A DNA stretch of 64,000 nucleotides from Yuukianura sp. NJ FZ-2021 (lineage: Eukaryota), in the NCBI GenBank assembly GCA_046563655.1, contig CM102287.1, positions 7,564,001 through 7,628,000 on the forward strand, in the 5' to 3' direction. Each line of letters begins with the position of its first letter. Within the stretch, counting starts at the first letter, position 1. The translations under genes were made by a program, and so were the position numbers. Positions 1 to 13,197 of the stretch are shown here, in pieces. Under the pieces are notes generated by a model, which saw nothing but the letters and a program-made list of their open reading frames with translations, had not been told where the DNA came from and did no database searches.

Positions 1-3000
1 ATCCTGATCAGTCTTACGTGAGAGAACAAATAACATCAACAAATAGCTCCAGCGTAGCTCTTCTGTGAATCATTGAGATCCGATCGGCTTTCTTTTCGAA
101 GTATTCAAAACGCTTCCAAAGAAGCGTAACCAGATCCAAGGGACGAACAAATGTTCGGTAAGTAAGTAGGAAAACTTCCCAGAATTTCAAATCCGTGAGA
201 TCAGGACTTGCAGCATACACCTATAAGATATAACAGACGTTTAATTTAAAACTAAAACTAATCTTCAAATGTATAGTTTTAAGGTTACTAACCATGAGAA
301 TGTGAGGGTCACCTCCCTTGACCTCTGGCCCATCAGTTCCGCCTTTCCCAGGAGTTTGACTATCATTATGCACCAGTCGGCTCGATACGTCGAGCAGGTA
401 CAGATCCGGATTGTCATCATCTATGACTCTAGGACTCTCCAAAGTTTCAACTGCGCCAGAAGTAATTCCCAGCGCTGGTAAACTATGCGTTGGACTAGAC
501 ACAACTTTAGTTGGACTCCTGGATGTATTGGGAAAAGAGGTCTCAGAACTTAGAATTTCGTCGTGCTCGCTTTTTGAGGCCTTCAACATCGCTGACTTCT
601 TGGGTGGAAGAGCAGGAGGAGCCTGAGACAACGCTTGGACAAGACTGGAACTGGAGTTGGTTCCACTACCACTGTTGGGACCACCGGTGCTGTCGAATGA
701 AGATGTTGGATTGTTGGGAATTGGTCGATACTGGTTAGAGACTTCGGGGAGGTCACCACGAAGAAGATCCTCGTCGGAACTTGTGGTCGGAGCAACATAA
801 GTTGCTGTTGAAGAAAATGAGGAAAAGTGTTGATATGAAGTTGCTGTGGAGTTGGAATAGGAGGCTCTAGAGTTCATGTTCTGAGAGGCCGGAGTAACCC
901 CGGGAATCCCGGGCAGCTGAGGATTGTATAAAGTGACGGTGGAAGCTCCTGGTGGAGGATAATGGCGATTCTTGGAAATTAATTGATTATGATATGCGGA
1001 GGCGACATGGTTAGTAATTGCTTGATGATTGATAAAATGCTGATGATGCGCAGAAGAAGAATCAAAGTTATGAAGCAGCTCGACGTAGGCAGTTACTGAA
1101 AAACAAAAGTCAAAATTAGCAAGTTCTCTAAGGATTTTTTAGCATTGTTATTTGAAATATTACTGCTGTGCTTTTTCTTAGGTGGCAGCGGTGGTCGATC
1201 TTCGGGGTAGTCAGTTCCATTTCCAGCGCCAAACCCAACCAACGTGGACCTGGACTCAGAGTAGCTCATGAATTGTCGTTGCTGCTGAAAAGTTCCTGCA
1301 CGAGACTGGATCTCTCCATGCCAAGTTGCGAGTTCAGATCTGATGTCATCTACATTGTCATAAGGACTTGGACACCTTCCATTTGTAGAAGTTTCACTCG
1401 GCCCTAGTACAAATTGCCGCATTTTCTTCGGTAGCTCCGGTGGAACATCGTCTTTTTCAGTTGTAAAAACGTCTCCATCAGGATCTTGGTCAGGGTCATA
1501 GCTGCTCAAACTGGCTAAACCTTGTCCGGACTTTCCTGCTGGGGAATGCGGACTGGTACTTTGATTGTTCGTGGAGGAAGTTGAAACGCGATGGCCAGAA
1601 TTTGGACTCAATCCTGAATGTTGGCTATGGGAGTCCACCAAAAGAAGATTGTCAAGAGAACTGCCAAGACTAAGAGACTGTGAACAGTGACTATGACTAG
1701 TCGTAGTCTGGGACACCAAATCGTCTTCACATCCTGGAACCATGATTCTGTCCAAAGATTCAACGGAATCACCGCGACCAGATCCACCATAAAACGAGTC
1801 CGACATTGTCCGCAGTTTCCGAATTCGGTCATTGTGGAATCCAATGTCGTCCAAAAGCTGATTCGGTGTTCCTCCCGTGGAACCTTTCGAAGAACGTGAC
1901 AAGTAGACGGCCGAATCAGTCCATTTTTCTCCAGCACATTCTTCTTTTTTATGGAGCTGCCCACTTTGTGTCAGAAACTGAGGTTGACTGGAATAGCGCT
2001 GCTGTCCGGGACTACCGCCGTTGGAACCCGCTACGGCTGATTTTTCTAACCATTCGTTTAGCATCCGCGAGTCGCCACCAGATTCGGTACGTGTGAATGG
2101 AATTGGCAGCGACGGTTGATATTCACTTGTGATGTATTCCATATCAAACGATTTTCCTGCCCATTGCTTCAGTTTTGGAGGAAGCGGTGGCCTGTAAATT
2201 AGACAGAAAATTAAGCTTAATTATCTTCATTAAAGGATTTTAAGTACAAAAAAAGTAATAAAAGTAGGTCTTACTTTCTCAAGCTTGTAGGCTGCGCTGA
2301 ATCAAAACCTAACGAATCTAGCCTGCCTGTGCTACTTGGAGACTTCAACGTCGTCACACTTATCGATGGGCTATCCGACAGAAGAAGATACGAAGACGAA
2401 TTGCTTTGACCATGTCCATTCTCCTTTGAGCTCAATAATCCTTTCAATCGCTACGACAAAAAAATTAAAAATTAAATACCATTAGCAAAATCATATTCAA
2501 AAGTTCTCATTTGGCGTCTGCCTTCCAACGTTTAAATATTTTATCATTTACGTCTAGAGCCGCCCGGATATTGGTGAGAGTCTCCAGTAATTTTTGATAG
2601 CAAAGTTCACGATGGGGTTCATCAAGTCTGTTCTTCAGCAAAAGCGTGTCCACAGCCACCAGGAATTCAGATAGAACCAACTTGATCTGAGAAATCACGC
2701 ATTGATATGTAGGGCTGGAAAAACAAGGAAAAAGTTTTAGCAAAAACTAAACTTTTGCAAACCGGCATCCATTTCTCCAGATAAAGGTTTACGCGTACAA
2801 GTGGAAAATAGGAAAGCGAGTTCAGAGGGCTTTAATTATTCAGAAGTGCCACTTTCCCCAACTACGAGACTCTTCAATTGACATTTGACATTTGGAGAGT
2901 CTCTATCCCTCTAACTCTCACTGGAGCGATCCTACAAAAGAACTTCTGCTGCAGAAGTTTTTTGACAGAGAAGAAGAGCAAACAGAGAAAACCGGAAATG

Positions 3001-3966
3001 GAATTACTCTGTAAACCTTTCTTTCATTTTGAAATATTTGGGACAGCGACAGGACGTGGCAGAAAATGTCAAACATGCTCCTAGCCTTTCTCCGCATCCT
3101 GAAATTACTCTTCGCTTTTTCCAAAAACTGTTACATAGAATTGTTTTTCTGTAAACTTCAACTCACCTGTCACTAACGGCTGTTTTTCTCACGTCACTCA
3201 ACAAGCTTCCCATCAAATCCAACATCACGTTTGAACTCCCACCAACCAGATCAATACAATTCTTTCGTATTAGGCTTTCCACAAACTGAAGAGTAAGGTA
3301 CGCCTAGGCAAACAAAACGATTTTTAGTTAAATCTAAATTGTCAATTAACCGAAATTGTCAATGATCGGATAATTGATGCGAATTATTACAAATACAACG
3401 TACTTCTTTGAGTCGATGAGAAAGTGTGACTTGCGGAGAGTGCGAAGCTGTCGTTGGGCTGGAATCGCTGGCACCCGGAGTTGGACTTGTACCTTCGCTG
3501 GAACAAGTATGGGTCCGTCTTGAAGTACTTTGACCGTCTTCCTTGCTCAGTGACTTGTTTCGAGCCAATCGACTGATAATGTCTTCCTTGAACGAGCGAC
3601 ATCGCTTCACCAGGCCCTTGATACCTGCGAAGAGACAAAAGAACAGTTTAGAAAACATAGCGAAATAGATTCTGTCTTCTGTTATTGGCAAAACCCACAA
3701 CCAAACTGACTTTGTTCTTATCCTGTCCTAAGAGGTCTTAATTCGTGCTAACGAATTTTAATTAGCAAAAATTAAGTTGACCTAATATGCTAAACTACTA
3801 TTTCTCCATGATTGCCACACAATAGGAAATGATGGTACGCTTGTGCTTTTCAGAGAATTCAAAATGCGTCGTTTGATAATCAAAACTGAAGAGAGCTACA
3901 CGTTACGATTATGAAAAACTTAGTTTTTAACTTACGAGGCGGTTTATCAGTTCGTCCAGCCGACAT
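1..3966 (-). CDS. C3G: C3G / Rap guanine nucleotide exchange factor 1 (multi-exon; CDC25 catalytic domain lies beyond the left edge)
   Basis: Exons 3936-3966, 3404-3624, 3167-3303, 2552-2714, 2275-2450, 1164-2191, 293-1095 and 18-220 are joined by GT-AG introns in consistent phase. The protein has an N-terminal RCRSFKED motif, four Crk-SH3-type PxLPxK motifs (PPLPPKLK, PPELPKK, PPLPPKKK, PPALPPKK) and a REM domain (EVFLLTYRTFVRPLDLVTLLWKRF). Confidence 0.88.
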
Positions 3967-5760
3967 GTCCAGAACGTCCTTTGATGAGCCTTTGCGTTTG
4001 TGGTTCGTGGACGTAACATTTTAGTCCACTGAACCAAAATCGTTGATCTGCCAACCACCACTTTCGCAACTGAGCTCAACTGTCCGCATGACTTTGGAGG
4101 AAGGAAGTAACACGGCAGGCAGTATAATGACGAACGAATTACTTAAATGGTTGGCTAAACTCTTGAACTCGTGATGCGAATAGGAGCAACATGACTCTTT
4201 ACATGGTCACTTGATCTTAATTCCGCTTGCTCAGTATGTAGTCCCATTCCACCAATCCAATATCGCTTAATAAAATCCACTGACCAAGTTGATCCGTAGT
4301 TCCGCTCGTCCGTTTGGATACTAACCACTTTAACGATGACATTAAACCGTTGATGACGATTCGGTAATTTCCTTCGATGGCACGTCACTCTCTCAATTCG
4401 TCAGTTCCGCAACTTGATTCTGAAGTAAGCGCAATGACTAATAGCACTGTCTTGATTATTGGATATTCTTAGCCAGGCCGGCGGGCTCCACTTAAAGATT
4501 AAGGTACTTCCGCAATCTGCAAATTGGGCAACAAAGTAACGGTTCCTTGCGTTTTGTACTTTTGACAAGGAAAACAATATTATAGTAAGTAAAGTAGTAA
4601 TGAGATCAGTGGAATTACCGAAGCGAGTCCTCTTCGTGCCTGCTCTTAAGTTGATGATGATACTTGGACCGTGATAATAATGCCCCTTTTATTCCTCCAA
4701 TTTGAGAAGATGAAGAGATTCAATCCAAATTGCCAAAAATTTCGCACACTCTCCTTTTAGCTCTTCTGACAACTGAAAGAACAAAAAAAAATTACAAAAC
4801 ACACATTAGACACACAGAACCAGGTCGGCTTAAAAGTGGTAGTATTTTGACAGTAGTAAAAGTACTAAACTTAACCATGTGATTTTTAATCGTACGTGTA
4901 TGAAGATGAATGAGGTTCCTGGTTTTGGTAAAAAGTAAAGATCGGAATGCGGTTTTGTTGCTAAATATTCCCCACTCCGTGTCCCTGTCCCGTACAGTCC
5001 AAGTCCAATGTCCTCTCTGCCGTAAGGGATCTCCGGGAAGGAATAAGTGTCCCCGGAGGTGGGTAGACTTCTGTGGTGGACTGGTGGAGACACGGTTTTA
5101 CACAACAGCTGCAGGGAGACCACCAAAGATCATGACGATGAAGAATAGGTTATGTTATAGAGATCTTTATACAATTGGGAATGAGATACATGGTGTGATG
5201 ATCTGTGGTGGTATGACGGTATCAGGAATTCGGGTAAGTGGATTGGATGTTTAGATAGTAAGTACTAGGAAAGTGGTGGACTCTTTCCTGGATTCACAAC
5301 AACTTTTCACCGAACAACTTCACGAGAAAGTCGACGGGAGAGAGCAGTCGGAGGCTGTTGGACCCGAAAACGGGTATTTCCCGAATTCGGAGTTTTCGAT
5401 GCAATAAGAAGCCCAGACGAAGCGAAGCTTACAAGCAATCTTATTATTGGAGTTTTATTCAATTTGTCTCCGTATTGTACAAAAGATCCGAAATGACCTG
5501 GGGTCAATGTCCTCTTCCAGAACAAGTTTGACGATTTATTTCTAAAACTCTAAAAGAGAATAGAAATCTGCTACACCAAACACCAGTACAACGCTTTTGG
5601 TTAATTGATTAAGTACAATTACTGCAAAATAATTTCAAATGATTCTTTTATTAGAGCTTTCACTATTTCATGCGTTTTCAAAGGATACCGCAGTCGGCGT
5701 TACGAGTTGATTAATCTTTTATCTTGTCTTGAAGTTCGTTTTGCCGAAGGCTGTCTGAGG

Positions 5761-7900
5761 TCAGAGGTCATCGTGACTTAGTTTGACTTGTGACTGAAGA
5801 TGTGGTTTTGGTTTGGGTTCCATGGCCATAAGGACTTGTCTTGCATAGGCACTGTCCAGTAGCCCAGCATCCTTCAGCTTCGCTTCGAACCGGAAACGAC
5901 GATCTTTGCGAAGTGTATCATCGGAAAACGAGTAGCACTCCCGAAAAATGGCTGCCATTCGGTCGTCTTCGGCGTTTCTTTGGTCTCGAATCGTCGTCAC
6001 ACGTCGGACCATGGTTGCCTAACAACAGTTTTTTAAAATCTAATCTTTAGAATACAAAATGTGTCCAAGTGACATGAAATTACGTGAGTGTCAGCGACGA
6101 CATTGGCTGGATCATAGTCAATTAACACGGGCTCTTTGGTTTGTTCTAGTTGCAGTTGTCGCTGGCGACGCTGCTCCTCTAGCGCTGCTTCTAAGTCTCG
6201 TTTTGCTTTTTCCTTCAACTTGAGCTGATTGGCTCTCAGCGACACTCGACCCCTGTAGAGAATTCACAAAGGTCAAAGTTCACATAAAAGTGTTAAGTTT
6301 GAACTTTAAAAAAAACTTACTTGTTTTTGCTAATCATTTCTTTGCGAGCAGCATCTTCCAGTGCTCGTTCCATTTCCAATCGCTGCGCACGCTCACTCTC
6401 TTCTTGAGATTTCTTTAACTGAAATTTTTTCAGTTCCTTTTTGGCTGCCTCTCGTCGTTGTGCTTCCGATTCAGCAATACTTTTTGTTTTATGCTCCCGA
6501 TACTTTTCAATCGGTTCCACCAAAATTTTAAACTTTTTGACCTGGTCGCATTTTTCTGTTCGAAGTTTTTGTAGTCTTTCGGCCCAAAAGTCACAAATGT
6601 CTTTTTGTTTCTTCAGGCTAACTTTCCTTTCCAATTCAGCTACCCGCTTTTTGCCAACTTCCTTCCAAGCGACGTCCATTTTGAATTGTAGCTCGCCTTT
6701 GTCGTGAAACCAGCCTCGAATTACAGCTCCGCGTTTCTCTTCCAGTGTTTTCTTCGTTTTCAATCGAAATTTTTGTTTGGTAATTTCAGAATGACTTTTT
6801 CCAGGAAACAGACTCTTCATCAACTCAAGTTGAAGCGGAATGAGCACAGTTGAATCAGTTCCAGAAATCCTGAATGAATTCATAACGAAAAATAGCAGTC
6901 CGGATTCCTCCTTGGTCCAACCTTGTTGCAACAAATTATAAACTGTCTTCAGTTCTTTCGTGATCTCATCAACTTTGGCGTGATATTGACCGTCCAGGAG
7001 CAAGAAATTGTCTTGAGCAGATTCGATAAAAGATTGAATTTCCGGAGAGTCTCCGAATTCACCGGAATTTGAAGGCAGTTCAACTGGAACGTTGGCGGGA
7101 AGTCCGTAAGGAAGCTGGAGGTCACTGAGATCGTGGAATTCGTCAATCCAGACTTGGATTGCAGAAGTATTGACTGATCTGATTTCATTCAAGTAGTGTT
7201 CAACCAACTTCTCCATTGTTTCTGCCTCTTCGTAAATCTTGTTCCTGTCTCCTGATCCAGAAGATCCTATTTGAAATTTTTAGAAATCAGTTTTTAAAAA
7301 TATTTCAGATGCCAAAATTTAAATTTTTGATTTTGATTTAAAAAATTATACTGTTTTACCTGTAGAGTTTGCTCCGGAACTGTAAGATTCCAGAAATGAT
7401 ACTGTTTGTGGATCGACTTCAATGGTGGACGCAGTCGTCATGGCCAGGAGGAACGTACGAAACTTGGCACTTTCTGCTCGCTGTTTCATCTGCATCTCTT
7501 TCAGGTCAAATCGATCATCCAATGCTAAAGATTCAATGAAGTGGTCAAGTTCTGGAAGTTCCGTTGGCACAAATTCTTGTTCCTGGTCTGGATCTCCGCG
7601 ACCTTCAGCGTAAGCTTCCAAGAACCGTTTTGGATTTTGCGCAATCCGCTTGGCTCGCATCTTCGTTTCACCCAAGAATCCAGTCCGTTGTAGATCATAA
7701 TTGAATTTGCCCTTTGAATTTACCGGAAGATTTGGAACAGAGTGGTGACCTCTTGGTCGTCCTAGATCCTTCTCCAGGTCCGTCACTCTGTCACTGTCAA
7801 CACTCTCTGGTCTTCCTCCGAATGTCACTTTAGGCTTCAACTTCATCTGAGGGAGTTGATGAGAGACGCGTCTCTGTGCTGGACCGCTTGCCATGTCCAT
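5761..7900 (-). CDS. CCDC148: CCDC148-like coiled-coil protein
   Basis: Exons 7360-7900, 6321-7266, 6084-6252 and 5761-6018. A long E/K/R coiled coil ends in DRRFRFEAKLKDAGLLDSAYARQVL, resembling the CCDC148 C-terminal motif DPRLRFELALREAGL. The start codon is uncertain. Confidence 0.7.
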
Positions 7901-10900
7901 TTCGTTTGAATCCAGCACTGAATACTACAATTTTTGAGAAATTGAACCAAATCCGACTTTAGCACTGGTTTAGAACAGTAGTGCGCAGTCTCCCGTAGCT
8001 TGATTGATCAATAGTCTTTTCCAAAATGTGGCCAAGCTGAAAAGTAAAAGAGTTCGGTAACAAATTCCAAGATTTAATTTGTATGTGTCTGTCTCGGAGT
8101 CATGGATACCAAAATTTACTAAATGGAGGAGGGGAGAGGTGCTGCCCCTGGAAAGTATTGGCGAAAGTGCCGAGTCCTCAGGCATGGCAAGGGGAAGCAG
8201 CATCACTGCAAGGCTCTTTCACAGATTACTCATCTGAGATTAGTAATGCAAGTTTCGCTTTTATTACACAAATTTTTGCACAATGTTTAAAATTTCGTAC
8301 TTTCAAAACTTGTCTAATTTGAGCTACATACTATATTTTTTCAACTGCTGTACTTTTATTAGTGGGATCCGTATGAAGGGAAAGTCGCAAAATTTTTTCA
8401 ATCAAGTTCAATTGAAATGATAAATGTGATGAAATAGTCGAATTTTGAGTGATCGTACAGTTTTTTTCCAGCAGTTTTCCTGGCAGGTTTTTTTAAAAAA
8501 ATTGACCGAAAATCAAAAACCGACTAAAAAAATTATTTTTTAAAAAACGGCTTGCTATAATTTGAAGCCATCCTCTATACTGTTAACTCAATTCGTCGAA
8601 TTTCAATAAAAAATTGTGAATTGGAAAACTCCTATGTAATTTTAATTTCCGCCTAATCCCATGCAATCATTTTTTTAGGAGCGCGAGCGCCGAGTCGTTG
8701 CCAACTCTAAAATTAGCATGAGTCGGCGACATGCAGTCTACACTATCAACTAAGGTGTGAAGGTCATTGTTCATCAAAGAATTGCTGTCGAACTGAAAAT
8801 GAAAGCCCTTAAAACACTTGCCCTTAAGGGACTTCCACATGCCTCACAGGATTATACGCCCAATTTACAACATCCTCTTCAACCACTTTCTTCATGTAGT
8901 TTTAAGTTAACAATGCCAACATGCACAGCAATAGTCACTTTTCAGGTGTAAACCATTTAAACATGTTCTAAACAATGTTCTATACAGAGGAATTTCGCTC
9001 AAGTCCGTCGATTGTTCCGCTGCTGGGGAAATCTCGAAAAACTTCTAAACCTAAAAAAAAGCAGCAAAAAAAAACACTACACACTGTAATAAATTAATTA
9101 ATATGAATACTTGAATTAATTTATATTAATATACTGTTTTCTAGCATGTATTATTGAAATTTGAATAAATTTTAATACACAAAAATAAATTTTGTTTTCT
9201 AGTGTTTAGAAATCAAAATATCAAACAAACAAAAACTGATCCGCTCTCTCATTCCTTTAAAAGTAAACTTTAAGATTAATTTTTTTAATCAAAATGATTA
9301 GTAAACTGAACTAACTTTGGCTGGTAACATAACTAACGTTTATATTATGTTGGGGTTATAGGATTAACTATTTTCACATTCTCCGGCGTGCCGTCCTACC
9401 ATAACTGACTTTTCGTCAACCACTTATTTAGTTTTGAGCAATTTTAGTAAGTTCAAGACAGTTTTCATGTCAGGTTTTATTAACATCGAGGTCAACAACT
9501 TCACCGTATGTCTTGAATTTTAAATCCTGCTTACAGAAAGTGAGAATGGACACATGGAATAAGTGTTTTGTAACGGTAAAGGATGTTCCTCTTGTTGTTT
9601 GGATTAAGTTAAAATCCTCTTAATTGACTTTTTGTCAAATTGAAAAACTTTGGAAACTGCAACCTATTCCTATTCACCTCGACACGTCCAAATCCACTTT
9701 GTCTAGTACTTGGTTTAGGAATCAATGCCCCTGTGACAATGGCTTTTGCTGAAGTGGAAATAGCCACTTGAGGTGTGAAAGTGACACCAGTTCAGGTGTA
9801 AATTCATTTTCAGCCTCATTGGACTCCTACTATGGTCCAAAAATCAAGGGATTAGGGGCAATTGGTCCGTATTTTGACACTTTCGATGTCACAAACAGTC
9901 GCCTAAGGATAAGCTTAACAGGAAAAACAAAAATAAGAAAAATCAGAGCGTCCATGAAGCATTTTTTTGAAAACTGAAAGTTAATCCAAGTTTAGTGTTC
10001 AATATAACCTGGAGAAAGTTGTCCCAAAACTAACTTGTACGAAATTTTTTCTTCTGCGGTGGTTAGGTTTATGTTTAGTAAAGACTAACATCACTGCACC
10101 AATCGAAATACACCAAATATAAATTGAATCCAATTGGATCAACTGTAATACTTTAGTTCGAATTGATCAAAATCGGTTGTACCAAACAACCAGCTAATTG
10201 CATCAACAAAGAAAATTGCAGAAGCTAGCTTGTGCCCTGGTTTGTTTGGTGGGATTGGGTTTGGAAAATCCTGTTTATACAACTTGATTTTTGATACAAT
10301 CGAAAATCGATGTTGATCAAAATCTGATCAAATTTTTTCTGTTGATGAAATTGTGGTTGACATATTTCAGTTGATGCAAAAGGCATTTCAGTACTAGTTA
10401 AGTTTACCTATCCGTTACCTTTGATGCTTTCATTTTTAAGTTAAGTTGTCTTGTTCCGAAAAGTTTTTCGATTTCGTCAAATTCCGACTCAAATTTGGAA
10501 ATTTTATGAAATTATGCTGAAGCATCTTCTTGACTCACAGTCCAAGGACAGCGTTCTTGGAAATTGTGAAACTTTGGAATCAGATTGATGGATGCTAGCC
10601 TTGATCAATTGACGTTTCCTTGATTCCTGATTCATATGACTTGTGAACTGCAGATATATCCAGGAACTCCGGATTCTTCTAGCCCTACATACCTAACCTT
10701 TGAGAGCTTCTTTTAAGCCAAATCAACCTAGTGCCAGCAGATGGAAACTTACTATGTTAACATTTGGAAAGAACACAAAACTAAAGGCGGAGTCACTTTC
10801 TTCAAAAGGGGTGGAGCCACTTTCTTTGGGAAGGGAGGAGAAAGCTATGTGTTTTGGCCTACGGTAGGTCCGCCTTCAAACTTTTCCAAGTCACTGCGTC

Positions 10901-13197
10901 CACCCATGCTCAAAGCTGAAGTTACTTGGAAATGTTACGTATATCCACGGAACAAAAATTCATAAAATTCATGTCCGCCAGTCACTAACTGATTTTCTGA
11001 AAGACAGGAATCAAAATTTCTTGGTGCATGTTCAGAAATTTAAAGTCAAAACTTTTTCAACCCTAAAAGTGAATCAGAACGCTCCGAGGAAAAACAGTGA
11101 AAGTGAAATTGTTTTGAAAGTGAGTAAGACTTAACTGTAGCTGCTTGAATTACTGATCATAACTTACAATTTTGTGTTTGAATGTGCATGACATGCGAGA
11201 AGTTGAGGTCAAGGGTCACCCTAAATGAGCTGGGATTTTGGCGCCTTCATTTTCTTCTAAGAAAAGGAATCAATGAGATCATTTTGACACATTTTAATTT
11301 TAGAAGCGACGCTCATTGAAGTTAAACAATAGAAAAGCAGTTACTCACTGGAGTTAAGAAGTTGTCATTCACATTTTATTAGTTGAAGTGAAAAGGGTAC
11401 TTGCCATCTTCATCCGCAATTGGAAGTAGAAAGCAGCCGACGTACAGCTAAGGTAAGTAAATCACTAAAGTCTAGAATAAAATCAAATCAAATATAGAAT
11501 TGCCCAATATTACACTTATCCTGCCCAAATTTTACATTTTTATCCTACCAAATCCTAACCCTTCTTAAAAATTTTCATCTTCAGTTTCGTCTCCTGGTGT
11601 GTGTTTAGGAAACACAAAAAATCAAAAAATGCATACTGTAAAATTATTTTTATAAGTATAAAGTTCATGAAATGTAATTTATAAGTAGGTGAAAATGCAG
11701 GTCAAATTCCCAAATATTAAAATGAACTGCGAGATTTACAATTTACAGATCAATTTGACTAAAAAAAAACAAAAAAAAGTTGTTAGGTAAGAATTTCAAT
11801 TTTGTTTTGCAACTTGTAATTGTAATTTATAAGTTGTAAAACAAAATTTTAATTATTTTTATTTTTTCGAGTTTTAAAAAGATACAAATATTAAAAACAA
11901 CCATCGAAAAATCTAAATTGTGACTTAAATCTTTTGTACATTCACAAAAAAAAGTTACGACGGTGTCCATTTGAATCATTTTATCAACGGTACATACAAT
12001 CGATTTCCAGATTATTTGAATTTTTCGCCACGTATCATATGTTATTCTATTTTTTTTAAATTATTGAAAAAGCGACACCAGAAACTGAAAAAAAGCTTGA
12101 TGTGATGGTGGTTTTTGTTAGGTGTTGAGCACTACACTTGGATTTTTAAGTCCTAAGAATGTGATTTGTTCTGTTTGTATTTGTGAGTGTGTTGTGAGAA
12201 TGAATAAGCGACTTTTCCAAGTGTTTGGTGTTCACGAGGGTGCGAAAGCGTTGACGCTGAAGCTGGTGGTGCTGGAGCGTTACCTAATGTCTTGAGCAGA
12301 AGTAGGTTCTAATCTCCCTTAGCCACGCTGACACTTGACAAGACTCTAGAAATTATGAGAGTCAACTGGCTTCTTCTTCCCTAATTCCCTCCAACCCAGA
12401 CACAAATTAATGTCAAGAATAACAAATCCAACACTAAGGAGGTCCATGGGACACACAAAAACCGAAATCCACACAGAAACCGAAATCGGAGAAAGTAACA
12501 CCTCCACTCTCAACGGAATGTCTCAGGCGAAACAGGAAATCATAAATTTTAAAAAAGGATTTGGAAAATGCTTCCGTTTCGGCTTCAACTTTTTGGAAAA
12601 ACAAAGTCGGTGTAGATTTATTCCAAAATTTCAAGTTCAAACAACCCGGCTTTAAAATTTTTAAGGTGTATAAGAGAGCAGCGCAACTTTTTCAGCGGCT
12701 ATGCCGTCCACAAATTTTACGAATTCAAAATTGCTACAAAATGTTTCAGCTTTTGCTAGATTTCTGCCAGTTTCCAGATCTTGTGTTAAGTTTATCTCTG
12801 AAATTTTGAACTAAACGTGGGTTGACCTTTGACTTTTAAGTTGCAAAGGTCACGGCATCAAATGACCTCGGCAGTAACTCTTTTATATCATCTCATTCAT
12901 TTCATTTCAGGTTTACGTTGAATGAGACGAGTGAACGACCTTGAGCCGTGCGGGGCCTGACGAATGTGACTCCCTGACATTTGTGTAACCAGCGGGACTT
13001 GACGAGTCTTTCCAGAGAATTGGGTGTCAGTGTGAATCGTCACGTAATTTGGGTCACGTGGTGCGGCGGAAGGTGTCGTGGTCCATTTAGACGTGTTCCT
13101 CCATGGTAACTGTGAGGATGCACCGTGTTTAGGGAATTATAGACCTACGACTATTACTACTCCAGCTAAACCTCAACGAACAAAATCGAAGAACGTG

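Noticed and set aside
2507..2551. Possible GC donor (AAG|GCAGAC) in C3G
   Set aside because: A canonical phase-0 donor GAC|GTAAAT at 2551 explains the junction.
11274..11287. TGAGATCATTTTGA, matching the first 14 nt of bantam miRNA
   Set aside because: The 3' part diverges and no complementary star arm or hairpin is visible on either side.
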